From Gammaproteobacteria bacterium (lineage in GTDB: Bacteria; Pseudomonadota; Gammaproteobacteria; CAJXQU01): 64,000 nt of DNA. The stretch's first letter is position 1; every line of letters starts with the position of its first letter. The notes below the pieces were generated by a model. The model did not search any database, was not told where the DNA came from, and saw only the letters and a list, made by a program, of their open reading frames with translations. Location of the stretch: NCBI GenBank assembly GCA_965238175.1, contig CBDEGZ010000003.1, positions 2,528,001-2,592,000 of the forward strand, given 5' to 3'. The translations under genes were made by a program, and so were the position numbers. Shown piece by piece: positions 1 to 10,995 of this stretch.

Positions 1-108
1 GACGGGTCAGTAAATCGGTCACACGCTGGTTGCGGACTGCACCCGAGTAATCTCTAGGGTATTCTGGGAACTGTTCTAAAAACCGTACCACTTCAGCCGA
101 AATCATAG

Positions 109-181
109 GGGTCAGGCCTTACAATTGACATTTTCTACAGCTTCTATGTTTCTATTTTATGTGAGATGTAAGGCCTGACCC
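109..181. repeat. REP/MITE-like inverted repeat pair
   Basis: GGGTCAGGCCTTACA (109-123) is the perfect reverse complement of TGTAAGGCCTGACCC (167-181), around a 43-bp AT-rich spacer. Confidence 0.75.
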
Positions 182-185
182 TACG

Positions 186-698
186 CCCTTCAAACGTTTA
201 AAAATCGTTATACCGATCACTCTGTTACTTATCTTCATCATGCTATATAGCAGCTTTGGATCACTTAAAAATGCAACGTTGATTATTTTAAATATTCCGC
301 TGGCATTAGTCGGTGGTGTAGTGGCTTTGTGGTTAAGCAAACTCAACCTTTCTGTGCCAGCATCCGTAGGATTCATCTCACTCTTTGGTATCGCGTTAAT
401 GAACGGAATTGTCTTAGCAACTTACTTTAATGAACTCATGGAAAAGGGATTGGATATTGATACGGTCTCCATTCATGGCGCGTGCCTGAGACTAAGACCC
501 GTGCTCATGACAGCAATAACCACCGCATTAGCGATGATCCCATTATTATTATCCACAGGAACAGGTAGCGAAGTCCAACGACCTTTAGCAACCGTTGTTG
601 TCGGTGGGTTGATTACCTCCACCATTTTGACCTTATTAGTCATCCCAGCTCTCTATAAATGGTTTGCAACAAAACCCCAGATTAAAGTGAATGATTAG
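186..698 (+). pseudogene. C-terminal fragment of a CusA/CzcA-family heavy-metal RND permease
   Basis: KRLKIVIPITLLLIF...SVPASVGFISLFGIALMNG...RLRPVLMTA...GSEVQRPLATVVVGGL are the last TM helices of a ~1000-aa CzcA; the frame is closed upstream by TGA at 162-164 inside the inverted repeat. Confidence 0.85.
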
Positions 699-812
699 AT
701 GATCTATTATTAGTTACTCAAGATCAGTAGTTCTAAATTTTATAGTGGTACTTAAAAAAACGATCACTTTTATGTAAAACACTTGTCATATTTCTTATCT
801 AGTATTGTCTTT

Positions 813-1010
813 ATGGAAAATAGTGCTGAATATACAAAGTCAACAACCACTCAAGACGAGATCATAAAACGTCTTTTTCGATACCGAGACATGAATGATT
901 TCTACCGTCGAGCGAAAGATTACGGTGAATCTAACGAGTTTGAAATACAGGCTTTTGAAATTGAAAAAAACCACTTCTTAAAGTTGCATGATCTAGAAGG
1001 TGTTTATTGA
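813..1010 (+). CDS. hypothetical small protein
   Basis: 65-aa ORF from ATG 813 with protein-like composition; no recognisable motif. Confidence 0.4.
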   Translation: MENSAEYTKSTTTQDEIIKRLFRYRDMNDFYRRAKDYGESNEFEIQAFEIEKNHFLKLHDLEGVY

Positions 1011-1076
1011 TCTCTAGTTAGTGAGTCAAACCTGTCTTACAATATTTATTTCTAGACAAATCAAAAAAAATATAAA

Positions 1077-1105
1077 ACCTTAGCGGCTACATCAGCCGCT
1101 AAGTT
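1077..1105 (-). terminator. intrinsic terminator
   Basis: CTTAGCGGCT-ACATC-AGCCGCTAAG hairpin followed by T-runs on the minus strand. Confidence 0.6.
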
Positions 1106-1126
1106 GTCCTTACCTTATTGTAATAA

Positions 1127-1325
1127 TTAAACGACTACATTGATCGTTTTACCATCACTAGGATCAGTCTATAGAAGTGGTTGAAATGCTTCTTGAGCGA
1201 CTGACATATATCCTTAGCTTTCTGTTTATTTTAATATCAGCCTTAGCTTCTGGTGCGATTTGAGATGTAGCAGGTTTTGCTTGCACAGCTTGGGTACTAC
1301 CAGCGCTTGTAGAACTGACATCCAT
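1127..1325 (-). pseudogene. degenerate small protein gene (YjfB/putative motility protein-like ends)
   Basis: AAGGA RBS then MDVSSTSAGSTQAVQ...; in another frame, after a stop, ...DGKTINVVV* followed by the terminator. Confidence 0.3.
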
Positions 1326-1592
1326 ATCGGTATCCTTTTTATTTTCAGAAATTATTTGATAACAAAATGAATAATTCCTCAGTGTGTTTTCTCACATGTC
1401 ATCAATTAACCTAAATTAACTTTTGTGAGAGCTTATAATTGATTTGGAATACATTTTTGATCTTAATCATTTCTAATTCGACAGAATATTCGTGAATCAG
1501 CCTTATCAAACAAAGCACAGACTGTGTATAATGGCGCGTTTTTTGAGAGCTTTAAACTATTTAAGCTCTGACAATCCCCACAGGAAAATACC

Positions 1593-3188
1593 TTGCTAAC
1601 AACTGCTAATGTCACGATGCAATTCGGCGCTAAACCGCTTTTTGAAAATGTCTCTGTTAAGTTTGGAGAGGGTAATCGTTATGGTTTGATCGGTGCGAAT
1701 GGTTGCGGAAAATCGACTTTTATGAAGATCCTTTCTGGTGAATTGGAGGCAAGTTCTGGCAACGTCAGTATCGATTCGAATGAATCATTCGCGGTGTTGA
1801 AACAAGATCAGTTTGCTTACGAAGATCAACGTGTCATTGATGTGGTAATTATGGGCAATCCAAAATTATGGGAAGTCCATAAAGAACGCGATCGTATCTA
1901 TAACCTGCCAGAAATGTCTGATGAAGAAGGCATGAAAGTGGCCGAACTAGAAGTTGAATATGCGGAAATGGATGGTTATACCGCGGAATCTCGTGCAGGT
2001 GAGTTGTTACTTGGTGTTGGGATCCCGACAGAACAACACTATGGCCCAATGAGTGAGATCGCACCGGGCTGGAAATTACGTATTTTATTGACGCAGGTGT
2101 TATTTGCCGATCCGGATATTTTGTTACTCGACGAACCAACCAATCATCTAGATATTAATACTATCCGTTGGTTGGAGGATATTATCAATCAACGAAACAG
2201 CACCATAATTATCATCTCGCATGATCGACATTTCTTGAACAGTGTTTGTACACATATGGCCGATATGGATTTCGGTGAGCTGCGCGTTTACCCTGGAAAT
2301 TACGATGCTTATATGTTGGCATCTACACAAGTACGACAACGACAACTGGCAGATAACGCTAAAAAGAAAGATCAGATAAAAGAATTACAAGATTTCGTTG
2401 CACGTTTTTCTGCTAATGCTTCAAAAGCAAAACAAGCGACTTCAAGAGCCAGGCAAATCGAGAAGATCGAGCTTGATGATATAAAACCGTCCAGCCGTGT
2501 TAACCCTTACATTCGATTTGAACAAGAAAAGAAATTATTTAGAAATGCATTGGAAGTTGAAAACCTTAGCCAATCTTATGATGATAATGAACCATTGTTT
2601 AAGGGCTTAAGTTTTATGACTGAAGTCGGCGAACGGATCGCAATTATTGGACCTAACGGGATTGGTAAATCCACCTTCGTCAAAACTTTATTTGGTGAGA
2701 TACCGAGTAAGACAGGATCGATCAAATGGTCTGAAAATTCTAACATTGGTTATTACGCACAAGATCATGAACACTTCTTCGAAGCGGATATCAGTTTGTA
2801 TGACTGGATGGCACAATGGGGTTCTCCTGAAGATGATGAACAGGTTATTCGAGGCACACTCGGTCGTCTCTTATTCTCAGGAAAGATGATCGATAAGAAA
2901 GTAAATGTCCTTTCCGGTGGGGAAAAAGGACGAATGATGTTTGGTAAATTAATTCTACAAAAGCCGAATATGTTGATCATGGATGAACCAACTAACCATA
3001 TGGACATGGAATCAATTGAATCGCTTAACATGGCTTTGGAACAATATGAAGGTACTTTATTTTTCGTCAGTCATGACCGCGAGTTTGTTGGATCATTAGC
3101 AACTCGTATCTTTGATATGAGAGAAGATGGGTTTGTAGATTTTGCCGGCACGTATGAAGAGTATCTTGCAAGCCAGGGAATTAATTAA
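1593..3188 (+). CDS. ybiT: ABC-F family ATPase YbiT
   Basis: two ABC domains ([19 protein letters not shown]; [16 protein letters not shown]), no TM segments, [15 protein letters not shown] linker. Confidence 0.93.
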   Translation: MLTTANVTMQFGAKPLFENVSVKFGEGNRYGLIGANGCGKSTFMKILSGELEASSGNVSIDSNESFAVLKQDQFAYEDQRVIDVVIMGNPKLWEVHKERDRIYNLPEMSDEEGMKVAELEVEYAEMDGYTAESRAGELLLGVGIPTEQHYGPMSEIAPGWKLRILLTQVLFADPDILLLDEPTNHLDINTIRWLEDIINQRNSTIIIISHDRHFLNSVCTHMADMDFGELRVYPGNYDAYMLASTQVRQRQLADNAKKKDQIKELQDFVARFSANASKAKQATSRARQIEKIELDDIKPSSRVNPYIRFEQEKKLFRNALEVENLSQSYDDNEPLFKGLSFMTEVGERIAIIGPNGIGKSTFVKTLFGEIPSKTGSIKWSENSNIGYYAQDHEHFFEADISLYDWMAQWGSPEDDEQVIRGTLGRLLFSGKMIDKKVNVLSGGEKGRMMFGKLILQKPNMLIMDEPTNHMDMESIESLNMALEQYEGTLFFVSHDREFVGSLATRIFDMREDGFVDFAGTYEEYLASQGIN

Positions 3189-3331
3189 GAGTACACGGGA
3201 TAAGGATTTTTCCGTACTGTTTACACTCTCGTAATCACATTCGATCACTGTAGTTAATTAAATTTGCATACAACACTTATCTGTTATTTTACCCTTGCTT
3301 TATCCCAAATTAACTTATCTAAATAAAATCT

Positions 3332-3372
3332 ACGTGGGTGAACCATATACATGGAAAAAATCCACCCACGCG
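3332..3372 (-). terminator. probable terminator of the spondin gene
   Basis: CGTGGGTG...CACCCACG stem just past the stop codon, between convergent genes. Confidence 0.45.
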
Positions 3373-3379
3373 AACTTAG

Positions 3380-4042
3380 TTATCTATTTCTTCGAACTCG
3401 TTTAATTGTGAACGAAGCAACCGGATTACGCCAATCAAAACTTGAATCCAAGTCACCAATACCTTGAATACCAGGATGAACATAAACATATCCTTCACCC
3501 GCTATATCAGAAGCTTTGAACTCGTTACCACAAGGCGGTCCTGGAATGTATGCACATGTTTCGTCGTTATTTTCAGCACCTGCATCATATGCAACTACTC
3601 GAAAATTTTGTGTGCGTCCACGCAGCCTAATTCCATTAAGAGCGACGAATGCATCGTTACTTGTTACGAGCATTGCAGCTGCAGTCAGATATCTTGCTCT
3701 GTGTGTAGAAACTTCGATTACGACTGTTTCACCCGGTAAAATAGGTCCTTCAGAAACAACAACTTCTCTACTATCAGGCGCATTTTCAAGTAAGCTAACC
3801 AGACTTGCATTATCTGCGTCTTGCGCTACCGCAGCTAATTCTGGAGAGACTTCAGCACCCAAGGTAAAAAGTGAAAAACGTTTTTTATGAGTAGAAAATA
3901 CCATTGGTGACATTATCTGTGACTTAGTTAAATTTGTTACAGAAATCTCATAAACATTGTGGCCACTTGATGCATTCAAGCTTGCAATGGAACTGAGTGA
4001 AATCCCAATACCAAATGCTATACTTTTAATAAATTTGTTCAT
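3380..4042 (-). CDS. exported Spondin_N-domain protein
   Basis: signal peptide; YEISVTNLT...SP...TH, ILPGET, AMLVTSNDAF and AYDAGAENNDE motifs. Confidence 0.85.
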   Translation of the reverse strand: MNKFIKSIAFGIGISLSSIASLNASSGHNVYEISVTNLTKSQIMSPMVFSTHKKRFSLFTLGAEVSPELAAVAQDADNASLVSLLENAPDSREVVVSEGPILPGETVVIEVSTHRARYLTAAAMLVTSNDAFVALNGIRLRGRTQNFRVVAYDAGAENNDETCAYIPGPPCGNEFKASDIAGEGYVYVHPGIQGIGDLDSSFDWRNPVASFTIKRVRRNR

Positions 4043-4123
4043 TTTTATCTCTCCAAAATTAGATAATTAATTTATGAACAGCGAAAGTTCGCCATATCAC
4101 ATGGAAAGAATAATGTACAGATA

Positions 4124-4161
4124 TCACACGCTACTCACACAAATATCACATTTTTATCACA
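4124..4161 (-). promoter_or_regulatory. four phased direct repeats, probable OmpR-family operator of the spondin gene
   Basis: TCACA at 4124, 4135, 4146 and 4157 (exact 11-bp period), about 80-120 bp upstream of the spondin start. Confidence 0.65.
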
Positions 4162-4170
4162 GCAGCTAAA

Positions 4171-5640
4171 TTAAGTGACAATAGGCAGGCGAAAGGAAAA
4201 GCTTGAGCCTTGATTAAGATTACTAACGACATTTATTTGACCATTATGCAATTCGACAATTCTTTTAACAATAGCCAGACCCAGACCAGACTGTCCTTGC
4301 TTCGTTCTGCTTTTTTCTTGTTGATAAAAACGATCAAAAATATACGGTAAATCTTTCTCGGGTATCCCATAACCCGTGTCATTAATTTCTATTGTAATTT
4401 GACCTTCGTTCGAAACTAGCTCGATTGAAATTGCACCACCTTTTGGAGTATTTTTTAAGGCATTATCAAGCAAGTTTTCAAGGGCACGCTCAATAAGACC
4501 TATATCAGCATTGACCAATGGTAAGATATTCTGAATATTAGCTGAAAGAATTATTTCTTTATTATGAGCTAACAGTTGAAATTTCTGCAGAATATCTTGT
4601 ACCAGTTCAGATAAATTAAAAGGTTCATTTACAGGTTTTACTTCTTGTGCATCAAATTTCGCAAGATCAAATAATTGCCCAACAAGTTTGTTCAGGTTAC
4701 TACAATGTTTTAATGCCGTTTCTAAGTAACTCTTCCGTTCTTCAGGAGTAAACTTTTCATCCTTTATTGTTAGCATCTCTATATATCCCTGAAGAGTTGC
4801 TAGTGGTGTTCTCAAATCGTGTGATACATTTGCCACCAATTCTCGCCGAAGATTATCAGTTGATTTTAATTGTTCAACTTGCTGTTGAATGGTGTCAGCC
4901 ATTTCATAAAAAGATCGTGAAAGTTCATCAATCTCATCACCATGAGATTTGTAATAAATACCCGGCAATGAATCAAAACCAACACCTTTTTCATAAGCAT
5001 CCATGGACTCTGAAATATTTTTCAAACGATTAGTCAACCATTTAAAAAATGAGAACCCTGTAAGTAACGAGAAGAGTAATCCTGAAAGTAAAACGTAGAG
5101 GCTGAGTTTGAGAATATAGCTGCCCGAGACAAGCTCCATAACATTATCAACTTGCTCACCGCCCAGAATTATATACAGATAACCCGATATTTGATCACCA
5201 TTTTTTATTGGTGCAACAGAGAAAACTTTTTTACGTTCGTAACCTCTTGGATCATCGCCCATTAAGGGAAAAGTAAATTGCCCATTTAGAAATTGTTTAA
5301 TTGGATTAAGACCGACTTGTTTCAACTTCACTGAACCAGCGGGTGCTGAATATTCCATAATCTTTCCATTCGTATTGAGTAGATATAATTCTATGCTGGG
5401 GTTTAGAATCATTATTTGATCAAAAAGATATTTTAACTCTTGATGATTTATACTCTGATCGGTTAACAAATTTGTTTCTTTAACAATATGCTCTGCAACA
5501 CCTCGATTCAATTTTTGATTAACTTCTTCTTGATACATTTTCGAAGAAAAAATTGTTGTGTAAACGACTAAAATCCCAATCAGGCAAAACAGTACAAGCA
5601 AACTCAGAGTGATTTTTTTTTGTAATGAGTTACTCAACAT
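4171..5640 (-). CDS. HAMP-domain sensor histidine kinase
   Basis: two TM helices, HAMP, H-box NVSHDLRTPL, NLLDNALK, DTGYGI, GLGLAIV. Confidence 0.93.
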   Translation of the reverse strand: MLSNSLQKKITLSLLVLFCLIGILVVYTTIFSSKMYQEEVNQKLNRGVAEHIVKETNLLTDQSINHQELKYLFDQIMILNPSIELYLLNTNGKIMEYSAPAGSVKLKQVGLNPIKQFLNGQFTFPLMGDDPRGYERKKVFSVAPIKNGDQISGYLYIILGGEQVDNVMELVSGSYILKLSLYVLLSGLLFSLLTGFSFFKWLTNRLKNISESMDAYEKGVGFDSLPGIYYKSHGDEIDELSRSFYEMADTIQQQVEQLKSTDNLRRELVANVSHDLRTPLATLQGYIEMLTIKDEKFTPEERKSYLETALKHCSNLNKLVGQLFDLAKFDAQEVKPVNEPFNLSELVQDILQKFQLLAHNKEIILSANIQNILPLVNADIGLIERALENLLDNALKNTPKGGAISIELVSNEGQITIEINDTGYGIPEKDLPYIFDRFYQQEKSRTKQGQSGLGLAIVKRIVELHNGQINVVSNLNQGSSFSFRLPIVT

Positions 5641-6328
5641 AACGATAACCTATTCCCCAAACAGTCTCGATATAATCTGGATCGCCAGGATCGTTTTCAA
5701 TCTTTACACGCAAGCGGTTTATATGTGAGTTAACCGTATGTTCATAACCGCTATAACTATAACCCCAAACTTGATCAAGTAGCTGTGTACGCGAAAAAAC
5801 TTTACCTGGAGATTTTGCAAAGTAGGTCAGTAAATCAAACTCACGAGCGGTTAAATCGATCTGTTTTTCTTTAATTGACACCAGTCTTTTTTCCAGGTCA
5901 ATTAGCATATTTTTTCTTTTTATTAAGCTAGTGTTATTTTGTTCATCTGACATTTCGACCACCCTCATTCTTCTAAGAATAGCTTTTATACGCGCCATTA
6001 ATTCCTGAACACTGAATGGTTTGACAACATAATCATCTGCACCTGATTCTAACCCCAAAATACGATCTATTTCTAAGGACTTTGAAGTTAGCATCAAAAT
6101 CGGCGTGTAGTTCTTATGCGCGCGCAATTGTTGGCAAATTTTCATACCGTCTAGCCCAGGTAACATAAGGTCTAGAACAACCAGGTTATAGTCATTTTCT
6201 GTTGCTAGTCTTAACCCTGTCACCCCATCAAGTGCAATTTGAACATCATATGAGAGATCTCTTAAATTGAGAGCGACTAACTTTGCAAGATCTTCACTAT
6301 CTTCAATGATTAAAATTTTTTCAGTCAA
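5630..6328 (-). CDS. OmpR/PhoB-family response regulator
   Basis: receiver (IIED, LDLMLP, KPF) plus winged helix (LTAREFDLL, TVNSHINRLR, TVWGIGY). Confidence 0.93.
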   Translation of the reverse strand: MTEKILIIEDSEDLAKLVALNLRDLSYDVQIALDGVTGLRLATENDYNLVVLDLMLPGLDGMKICQQLRAHKNYTPILMLTSKSLEIDRILGLESGADDYVVKPFSVQELMARIKAILRRMRVVEMSDEQNNTSLIKRKNMLIDLEKRLVSIKEKQIDLTAREFDLLTYFAKSPGKVFSRTQLLDQVWGYSYSGYEHTVNSHINRLRVKIENDPGDPDYIETVWGIGYRYVE

Positions 6329-6636
6329 CGTCTCTCACTCCAAAAGATGTGACAGCACTGCACAAGGTATCAATAAACTGTCACAAAAATATTAGGCTCA
6401 TTTAAGAAGGTATATGGGAAAGTTTATTAGGTGTCTATTATTAAAGGTATATTTGTTCCGCAATGGTATGAAAAACTACCTTAAAAGTAGTCATAAGTCA
6501 TTAATTATCAGGAGAGGAAACAATTCTTTATGTTGCAAAGATTTTGGGGAAACACCTGAGTGCTACTGATTTCTATAAAGATCAGCTTGTGACAACGGTT
6601 TTATTTTTGGAAATGTGAGGTATAGAAAAATACAAA

Positions 6637-6667
6637 ACCAGGTATGCATTTGCAATACATACCTGGT
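6637..6667 (-). terminator. intrinsic terminator after the SWIB gene
   Basis: ACCAGGTATGCATT/AATACATACCTGGT hairpin with a T-tract on the minus strand. Confidence 0.6.
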
Positions 6668-6685
6668 ATACGACTTACGTTCGAT

Positions 6686-7012
6686 TTATTCTACGTTTGC
6701 ACCTACAACGGCTGCCATCTGCATCATATTGATGGTCTGACCTTCTTGCATCTGTGTAAGATCGGTAACCTTACCCGACTTACTTGTAGATTTTGTGTTT
6801 TTAAAGACTGAAAGTAATTTAGCATCAGCTACAATGTACTTGCCTGCGTTTTCGGGCTTTCCATTCTCCGATTTTGTTTGGAGACCGCTAGATTTTATGT
6901 AATCCCAGAGTTTTTTTGTTATCTCTGTTCTTGGAAGTTCTTTTTCTCCCAAAAATGCTGCCAATTCACTTTTTAATTTTACTGGTTTTGCCAAGCCCTT
7001 TGCTTCTGCCAT
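6686..7012 (-). CDS. SWIB/MDM2-domain protein
   Basis: KPVKLKSELAAFLG...PRTEITKKLWDYIK..GLQ...IVADAKL SWIB signature. Confidence 0.85.
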   Translation of the reverse strand: MAEAKGLAKPVKLKSELAAFLGEKELPRTEITKKLWDYIKSSGLQTKSENGKPENAGKYIVADAKLLSVFKNTKSTSKSGKVTDLTQMQEGQTINMMQMAAVVGANVE

Positions 7013-7300
7013 TTTTTACCCCTCAAGCGATAAATAGTTTTAGTGAAGTTATCGTTAATTCCCGGTATAGATATATGCCCGAATTAACGGCAGCAATTGT
7101 ATGCCAGCTTGGCGCTAACTACTATAGGTAAGTATTACTAAGTGTTACGTATGATCTACAAATATAAACTTACAGCACTATCCTAAAGTAAACTTTAAGA
7201 ACTATACAGATCAAAACACGGATATTTGGCATGGATCAATACTACTTTGTTTGTAAAGTCTATAGTAACCTCATACCTTACACTTATTTTAAGATAATCT

Positions 7301-7351
7301 TAGAGGCTGAAAGTAGACTAACAGCTAGTCTTAGTCTACTTTCAGCCCCTA
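7301..7351 (-). terminator. terminator hairpin after tal
   Basis: GGCTGAAAGTAGACTAA...TTAGTCTACTTTCAGCC long stem. Confidence 0.55.
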
Positions 7352-7360
7352 AAAAATAAC

Positions 7361-8338
7361 CTATAGCATACTAAGCAAACAAATTTCTAACTTAATTTGA
7401 TCTGCAGCAAAGTTACGAATGCCTTCAGCCGTTTTCTCAGTAGCCATCGCATCTTCATTCATTTGCCAACGAAATTGTTGCTCCGTTAACTTTTGATCGA
7501 GTGATTGGCTAACGCCATTATCAACAAGTTTTACCTCAACGGCTTGAGCGGTCTCGGCTAGCTCTTCAAGAAAATTCGGGCCTATCGTTAAACGATCGCA
7601 GCCGGCCAATTCAATAATTTCACCAACGTTACGGAAACTTGCGCCCATCACCACTGTTTTGTAACCATGGGACTTATAATAGTTATAAATCTTAGTAACT
7701 GAAACAACACCCGGATCCTCTGATGCTGCATATTCTGTTCTACCTGTACTCGCCTTATACCAATCTAAAATTCGACCAACAAAGGGTGAGATCAAAAAAG
7801 CATTCACTTCAGCGCATGCTCTTGCCTGAACAAAACTAAATAGCAAAGTAAGATTGCAATTAATCCCTTCTTTTTCGAGCACTTCAGCCGCCTTGATCCC
7901 TTCCCAGGTGGATGCAATTTTGATCAAAACACGATCCTTATCAACGCCAACTTGCTGATATAAATCGATCAAACGATGCGCCTTAGCGATCGTTTCCTCA
8001 GTATTAAAAGATAACCGTGCATCTACTTCTGTCGAAACACGCCCCGGTATAATTTTGACAATCTCAGCACCAATCGCAACAGCCAGTTTATCCCCAGCAT
8101 CGATAACTTGTTGCGCCTGATCGGAAGACTGTTGTTTCGCCCATTCAACAGATTCTGAAACTAGCGATTGATATTGATCCATTGCAGAAGCTTTAAGCAA
8201 TAAGGATGGATTAGTCGTCGCATCGACTGGTTGATATTTTCGTATCGCTTCGATATCACCAGTATCGGCCACAACCGTTGTTAATGCTTTTAGACTCTCT
8301 AGTTGACTCTCTAGTTGACTCGCTAGTGAATTGGTCAT
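7361..8338 (-). CDS. tal: transaldolase
   Basis: [53 protein letters not shown]. Confidence 0.96.
   Translation of the reverse strand: MTNSLASQLESQLESLKALTTVVADTGDIEAIRKYQPVDATTNPSLLLKASAMDQYQSLVSESVEWAKQQSSDQAQQVIDAGDKLAVAIGAEIVKIIPGRVSTEVDARLSFNTEETIAKAHRLIDLYQQVGVDKDRVLIKIASTWEGIKAAEVLEKEGINCNLTLLFSFVQARACAEVNAFLISPFVGRILDWYKASTGRTEYAASEDPGVVSVTKIYNYYKSHGYKTVVMGASFRNVGEIIELAGCDRLTIGPNFLEELAETAQAVEVKLVDNGVSQSLDQKLTEQQFRWQMNEDAMATEKTAEGIRNFAADQIKLEICLLSML
8293..8327. repeat. 12-bp tandem repeat in the tal 5' end
   Basis: GACTCTCTAGTT twice plus GACTCGCTAGT, encoding [11 protein letters not shown]. Confidence 0.7.
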
Positions 8339-8526
8339 ATTGATCTCTTTGTGAAAATTTCGGGCGAATTTACCAGACTTTGATCACAGCCACCATAAAC
8401 AGAATGTAATAGCTTGTGTTTATTCAGCTTAAAAGCAAATTAGAAGTTGCCAGATGAAGGTAAGATAATTACGGTTACGCCCTGCTAAATTTTTGAATTA
8501 CTGTGGATAACCTGGTTAAAAAAAAA

Positions 8527-10224
8527 TCAGATCCGCTTATATTCTCGGTATTCCGGTGCCCAAAAGTTCTCATCGATTGCACTTTCCAATGCTTCCTTAG
8601 CTATCATAGGCGCAACGCCCTCTTCCATCGCCTGTAATCCTATCTGTAAAGCAATCATGCGACTGACAGTAGAGATCTCTGACAACTCGGGTAATAATGT
8701 ATCACCGCTACCATTCACCAATGGCGAACATGCTGCTAATGTTTCACTGGCGACCATAAACATGGTTTCGGTAACTCGATTAGCACCACTGGCAATGACA
8801 CCAAGACCAATACCGGGGAAAATGTAACTATTATTACATTGTGCGATGGAATATGAATTCTCTTGATATTTTACCGCCTCAAACGGACTACCTGTTGCAA
8901 CAATGGCATTTCCCTCTGTCCATTCGATAACATCTTTTGGCTGTGCTTCAACTTGAGATGTCGGATTCGATAAAGGTAATACGATCGGGTTAGAACAAGC
9001 TCCAACCATCGTTTTGATCACAGATTCACTCATCAAACCGGCAACCCCAGAAACCCCGATAATTATCGTTGGTTTAATCTCCCTGACCGAATCGAGCAAA
9101 CTTATCTGCTCACCATCACTGCTCCAGCCTTCGTAGCATGATTTCGGCTTAACAAATTTCTTCTGAAAATCACGCAATGACTGATCGTCTGTTAACAAGC
9201 CTCTACTATCAACAAGAAAAACCTGATCTAATGCCTGAGCTTCGCTTAACCCTTCTTTTTGCATGTGCATTAATATCTGCTGTGCGATACCACAACCAGC
9301 AGAACCTGCACCAACAAAAACAATGCGATGATCCTTAAGCGATGTCTTCAACACATGACAAGCGGCAAGCAAAGTGCCTACTGTCACGGCAGCAGTACCC
9401 TGAATATCATCATTGAAACAACAAAATTGATCACGATACTTAGTTAATAATGGTGTAGCATTAGTTTGAGCAAAATCTTCAAACTGGATCAATGCGTTCG
9501 GCCATCGTCGCTGTAAACCTTGAAGAAATTGATCAACAAATTCTGAATATTCCTGACCAACAATTCGTTTATGCCGCCAGCCCATGTATAAAGGGTCATC
9601 AAGTAATGCTTGATTATTTGTACCAACATCCAATGTCACCGGTAAGGTATATGCTGGGCTTATTCCTCCACAAGCCGAATATAAAGCCAGCTTGCCGATA
9701 GGAATACCCATGCCACCTATACCTTGATCTCCCAAACCAAGAATTCGTTCACTATCGGTAACTACAATGACTTTGACATTATCCTTAGTCGCGCTTTGAA
9801 TCATCTGGTTGATTCGTTCACGATCAGGATAAGCGATAAATAAACCTCTTTTACACCGATATATTTGGGAAAATTTTTGACAAGCTAAACCCACCGTCGG
9901 GGTATAAATAATCGGCATCATCTCTTCAAGATGATCAGTGATTAGTTTGAAATAAAGAGTTTCATTGGTATCTTGAATGTTGCGTAAAAAAACATGTTTT
10001 TCCAGATCTTCTCGAAAACTGGAAAATTGTTGATAAGCACGGCTTGATTGTTCTTCAATCGATTCTATAGCAAGGGGTAGTAGACCTTCGATATCAAAAA
10101 CACGCCTTTCTTCGGCACTAAAAGCATTACCTTTATTCAACAAGGACATTTCTAGTAATTCTGGGCCTGAATATCGAATTTCAAGTGGTCGTCTGGTTTT
10201 ATTCTGTTTACTCAGTTTTTCCAT
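8527..10224 (-). CDS. maeA: NAD-dependent malic enzyme
   Basis: [54 protein letters not shown]. Confidence 0.95.
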   Translation of the reverse strand: MEKLSKQNKTRRPLEIRYSGPELLEMSLLNKGNAFSAEERRVFDIEGLLPLAIESIEEQSSRAYQQFSSFREDLEKHVFLRNIQDTNETLYFKLITDHLEEMMPIIYTPTVGLACQKFSQIYRCKRGLFIAYPDRERINQMIQSATKDNVKVIVVTDSERILGLGDQGIGGMGIPIGKLALYSACGGISPAYTLPVTLDVGTNNQALLDDPLYMGWRHKRIVGQEYSEFVDQFLQGLQRRWPNALIQFEDFAQTNATPLLTKYRDQFCCFNDDIQGTAAVTVGTLLAACHVLKTSLKDHRIVFVGAGSAGCGIAQQILMHMQKEGLSEAQALDQVFLVDSRGLLTDDQSLRDFQKKFVKPKSCYEGWSSDGEQISLLDSVREIKPTIIIGVSGVAGLMSESVIKTMVGACSNPIVLPLSNPTSQVEAQPKDVIEWTEGNAIVATGSPFEAVKYQENSYSIAQCNNSYIFPGIGLGVIASGANRVTETMFMVASETLAACSPLVNGSGDTLLPELSEISTVSRMIALQIGLQAMEEGVAPMIAKEALESAIDENFWAPEYREYKRI

Positions 10225-10310
10225 CGAATACCTGCTTTGTTAGGATTTTATAGGTTTGTCTTACTCCCTTCTTCCATTGCATGCATAAACTCGCCGAAAG
10301 CTTTTCCCAC

Positions 10311-10925
10311 TTATTCAGGCGTCATATCATTAATATCTTCCGTGGAGCGACCCATTTGCCCCTCATAATTACTCATATTCTGCTGCATATTACGTGCCGT
10401 GTTTTCACTGTTAACATTCACCACTACACCAAAAAATGCAAGAATTCCGAAGGTAATCATTGCTTTTTTTTGATCAAGCTTATGTGCTTCAATACTAGCG
10501 ATATACATTAAATACATCACCCAAAGAGCACCTATGATTGTTCCAAGGTATGGTATTACAGAAACAAGCGCCATAATGGGTGCGAGAGCCATTGAGTAGG
10601 CGACACAACGATAAGCTGTTTCGTAACCATGACTTGAGCCCATTAACTTCCAGATCAAATACATAAACCCAGCAGAAATAAAACTTCCGATCAACATAAT
10701 AATTGGTAAAACGATCAGACCAGTTAGACCAAGGTGTTCTCCTCCAAAAAGAGAAAACACCATAAAAACAACAGCCACAATGAACGCTAAGACAACAACG
10801 AAAATCACTGGCTCTAAAAAACCGCCAGACGTTGGCATATTGCGGTAAAAGTTGACGGGGTTTGTAATCACAGACTTAGCATCTTCGATCACTTTTCCAT
10901 GATTAAATGATGATGAATTTTCCAT
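10311..10925 (-). CDS. Yip1-family membrane protein, possibly truncated by a premature TAA
   Basis: about 5 TM helices with VITNP.FY and YETAYRCVAYS motifs; the frame continues 20 codons past the TAA to 10248. Confidence 0.75.
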   Translation of the reverse strand: MENSSSFNHGKVIEDAKSVITNPVNFYRNMPTSGGFLEPVIFVVVLAFIVAVVFMVFSLFGGEHLGLTGLIVLPIIMLIGSFISAGFMYLIWKLMGSSHGYETAYRCVAYSMALAPIMALVSVIPYLGTIIGALWVMYLMYIASIEAHKLDQKKAMITFGILAFFGVVVNVNSENTARNMQQNMSNYEGQMGRSTEDINDMTPE

Positions 10926-10995
10926 AGAGTTACCCTTTATATTATTGTTTTAGGTTTGCAGATCTTTATCTTTAATTTCCTCCGACTTTTACTTC

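Noticed and set aside
1-106. open minus-strand frame MISAEVVRFLEQFPEYPRDY... running off the window
   Set aside because: too short to assign, and no RBS support
7090-7110. sigma54-like TGGCATACAATTGC upstream of the SWIB gene (minus strand)
   Set aside because: GG-GC spacing is 11 bp rather than the required 12
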